Shown in pieces: positions 62,701 through 64,000 of a stretch of DNA of 64,000 bases (the stretch's first letter is position 1; each line of letters begins with the position of its first letter). The stretch is taken from positions 162,256-226,255 of the forward strand of contig JAPDFW010000102.1 of NCBI GenBank assembly GCA_028826165.1, written 5' to 3'. The stretch is from Anaeramoeba ignava BMAN. Lineage: Eukaryota; Protista; Anaeramoebae. Under the pieces are notes generated by a model. The model made no database searches and had not been told where the DNA came from. It saw only the letters and a list, made by a program, of their open reading frames with translations. A program made the position numbers and the translations under genes.

Positions 62701-63826
62701 TCTTCCTTCAGTTATTACTCCTTTGGAAACTGATCAATTCGTTATTTTATCCACAAAGAATTCAAATTTTATCAGTATTATCTATTGTAATTTTGTTTGC
62801 AATTCATCATTATCACATTCTGGAATTTCTGAATTGAGCACAAATCAAATTAAGGAAAAAGATATTATGCAAGATTTTGCAATTGGATATATTAGAGAAA
62901 ATAAACCTTATCCATTTATTGAAAGTGAATTTTTCAGATTTGAATTCCCAATTCTTTCCAAAAATTTGCAAATTGATTTATTTAATCTATTTTTGAGACA
63001 AGAATTTTGTGATTTCACAATAAATCATTTAGATGGAAATATCCAAGTTCATAAACTAATTTTATTGATGAGATTTGATAATGATCATTCAATTTTAACA
63101 AAAATTCAAGAAGTTTTCTCATCAAAACCTGAAAATCAAGTTATTCCTTTCTTGATTTTCATTTATACTGGAATGATTGATCCAATTTCTAATCTTGATT
63201 TGAATCAATTTCAAAAAGATGAATGGAATTTAATTGAGTCAAAACATCCATTCTTTTCATTTTATTGGAAATCAAATCAATTTAATTTTGATGATTCTGA
63301 TTCTCAAAAATTATTTCAAGAATATTTAACAAGTTCAGATAATTTTTCCCAAATTCAAAATGAAAAGAAAATTCAAATCATTTCACAAGAATTAGGATTT
63401 GATAAAAATTGGATCCAAAACAAAAAAGATGAATCAGGAATTAAAAAAGATTTTGTTAATCTTTATTTGGAAAAGATTGAAAAAAAAGATTTCAAAATTA
63501 TTTGTGATGATTCTTCAGAAATCAAAGTTCATAAATTGATTTTAATTTTAAGATCAAATTTATTTAGACAAATGTTTTTGAATGTTCAAGATGATTCAAA
63601 TTCTGTTAAAGATTATAGTGGGAAAAGTAAAGGAAGCCTTGAACAACTTATTCATTACTTTTATTTTGGAGAATTTGATTTAAATTTAAATTTAAATTTA
63701 AATTTAAAAAAAGATTTAACAAAAATTATTCAAGAATTAAATGACACAGAAGATTTTTATCAATTAAGTCAATTTAATCAATTTAATAATCGATTAAAAG
63801 AATTGGAAACACAAAAATATTTTTAA
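59744..63826 (+). CDS. Protein with ten SKICH-like Ig-fold repeats and C-terminal tandem BTB domains
   Basis: Intronless 1360 aa. Ten units of I-x-V-x-W-x-(L/F)P..D(W/R/x)I-x-LF..G-x-x-x-F..FEFRY..A-x-SE, then LQIDLFNLFLRQEFCDFTI..VHKLIL and KDFKIIC..VHKLILILRSNLFRQMF..YFYFGE. Confidence 0.8.
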   Translation: MEQKYFIQVKNYENKKVKLTNQNEIIVEWKLPEQFQPKSNDKIALFDATKEKNEIYFTYKNNSNSQLEGTTFLNVNYVEIWKNKLQIRYLPENKSKSILVSEVFEIIPFEKIITIDEINEKEIKTTWKLPVNFIPNGDDGCDGYSLRRWDLICLFPKDKPFYSSYLSSVANRNGAMNGTATFNTGSCMRDETNEEFVIRYIAVNEDTIAESEPFIIKSKIPENHLILSKEKFLFGESIEISWEFPEDFEISETSRIGLFYENSISSQYIELKYIYQTNRKDSIIFQTKDYQTINFLDNLQFRFFSCDDKSQCVSKPFQIQFLENNGIEIIAKRPTFGLPIQVQFKLPDEYKPNISDSISLFYYDSHSNLNDLSQKPLIEKHNDRVSRIGMIEFKLDDDLKKENTNENEAQLFIVKYISHLKTSNEKKVLFTSSHFGVDEFKIFKLLVSKNEIKYGESIDVKWEFPEYYQSNERDWIGLFLKDSPINNSLVGKNTLNLTKKGILRFDIGNYITEENQIFEFRYYPKDQKNPIAKSEEIKVKEFDKKNFKLLVSKNEIKFGESIDVEWELPEYYHSNEQDWIGLFLKDSPINNSLFRKFTSNLARKGILTLDIGNYITEENQIFEFRYYPKDQKNPITKSEEIKVKEFDKKDFKLLVSKNEIKYGESIDVEWELPEFYQPIHGDRIVLFLKYPRIDYNSLIIKDNSNLARKGKFTFDIDKYIKDENQIFEFRYVKFYGRISLMKSEEIKVKEIDRKDFKLSVSKNEIKFGELIDVEWEIPEYHQTNSFDRVVLFLKDSTTTPGLTDQYIPMHKKKGILTFDIGNYIREGNQIFEFRYCSSEYKYEPFAKSEEIKVLPLEGGIIKSSPEKTKIGETIKVSWELPNNYEPHQNDQIILFKSQLQSKEKEAPKYFQVYYKNEKCEKKGEVEIKIQIGGGMIEEEFIIGYYSYSYSKIILCQSPIIIEPTSFVGIKILNRKIVGDKIQFVWSLPSVITPLETDQFVILSTKNSNFISIIYCNFVCNSSLSHSGISELSTNQIKEKDIMQDFAIGYIRENKPYPFIESEFFRFEFPILSKNLQIDLFNLFLRQEFCDFTINHLDGNIQVHKLILLMRFDNDHSILTKIQEVFSSKPENQVIPFLIFIYTGMIDPISNLDLNQFQKDEWNLIESKHPFFSFYWKSNQFNFDDSDSQKLFQEYLTSSDNFSQIQNEKKIQIISQELGFDKNWIQNKKDESGIKKDFVNLYLEKIEKKDFKIICDDSSEIKVHKLILILRSNLFRQMFLNVQDDSNSVKDYSGKSKGSLEQLIHYFYFGEFDLNLNLNLNLKKDLTKIIQELNDTEDFYQLSQFNQFNNRLKELETQKYF

Positions 63827-64000
63827 AAAAAATTAACAAGAAAATAAATTCAAATTTAATTCAATTCAATTTTATTTTTTGAATTTAAAATTTTTGATTA
63901 ATTTTTCTTCAGTTTATCTAAACAAAGAAGATAAACTGAAACAGAATATTTAAGTGTTAAGTGCCTTGGAAAAATGTTTTTCGAATAATTTCTGCAGTTC

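Noticed and set aside
1-64000. Alternative genetic code, AT-AC introns, inteins, tRNA/rRNA genes or transposase/RT genes
   Set aside because: Apparent in-frame stops resolve with ordinary GT-AG introns apart from the noted frameshifts, and no intein, structured-RNA or mobile-element motifs were recognised by eye.
63950-64000. Possible 3' end of a minus-strand gene (..ELQKLFEKHFSKALNT*)
   Set aside because: Too short to support a call.

Overview
Eukaryotic, very AT-rich, intron-containing genomic DNA in the standard code. The expanded BTB/RCC1/TLDc and PAS genes, microsatellite-filled GT-AG introns and an ML-start organellar presequence suggest an anaerobic protist such as Anaeramoeba (inference only). 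Most short ORFs in the supplied track are microsatellite artefacts, so genes were rebuilt by hand from splice sites. Gene order: 5' part of a neurobeachin-like BEACH gene; a ~140-bp minisatellite; BTB-BACK-TLDc; G-protein alpha; a divergent eIF4E; Nop16; four tandem cathepsin L-like genes with FN3 and GPI-type tails (each with an 8-nt microexon, one catalytically dead); a PAS protein; a CH/PH-like protein; a DNL zinc finger (Hep1/Zim17)-RidA fusion; WDR81-like; nucleolin-like; POLD3; and a cluster of genes ending in a double-BTB module. The strongest candidate for an undescribed system is that last cluster (49.5-63.8 kb). It holds a 17-exon ARM-RCC1-BTB gene whose armadillo repeats are single symmetric exons between near-identical introns, with amino-acid variation concentrated on the helix-3 binding face. 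It also holds a 10x SKICH-like-BTB gene and a CaaX-tailed RCC1-BTB gene. Together they look like a diversifying set of Cullin-3 adaptors or intracellular receptors.
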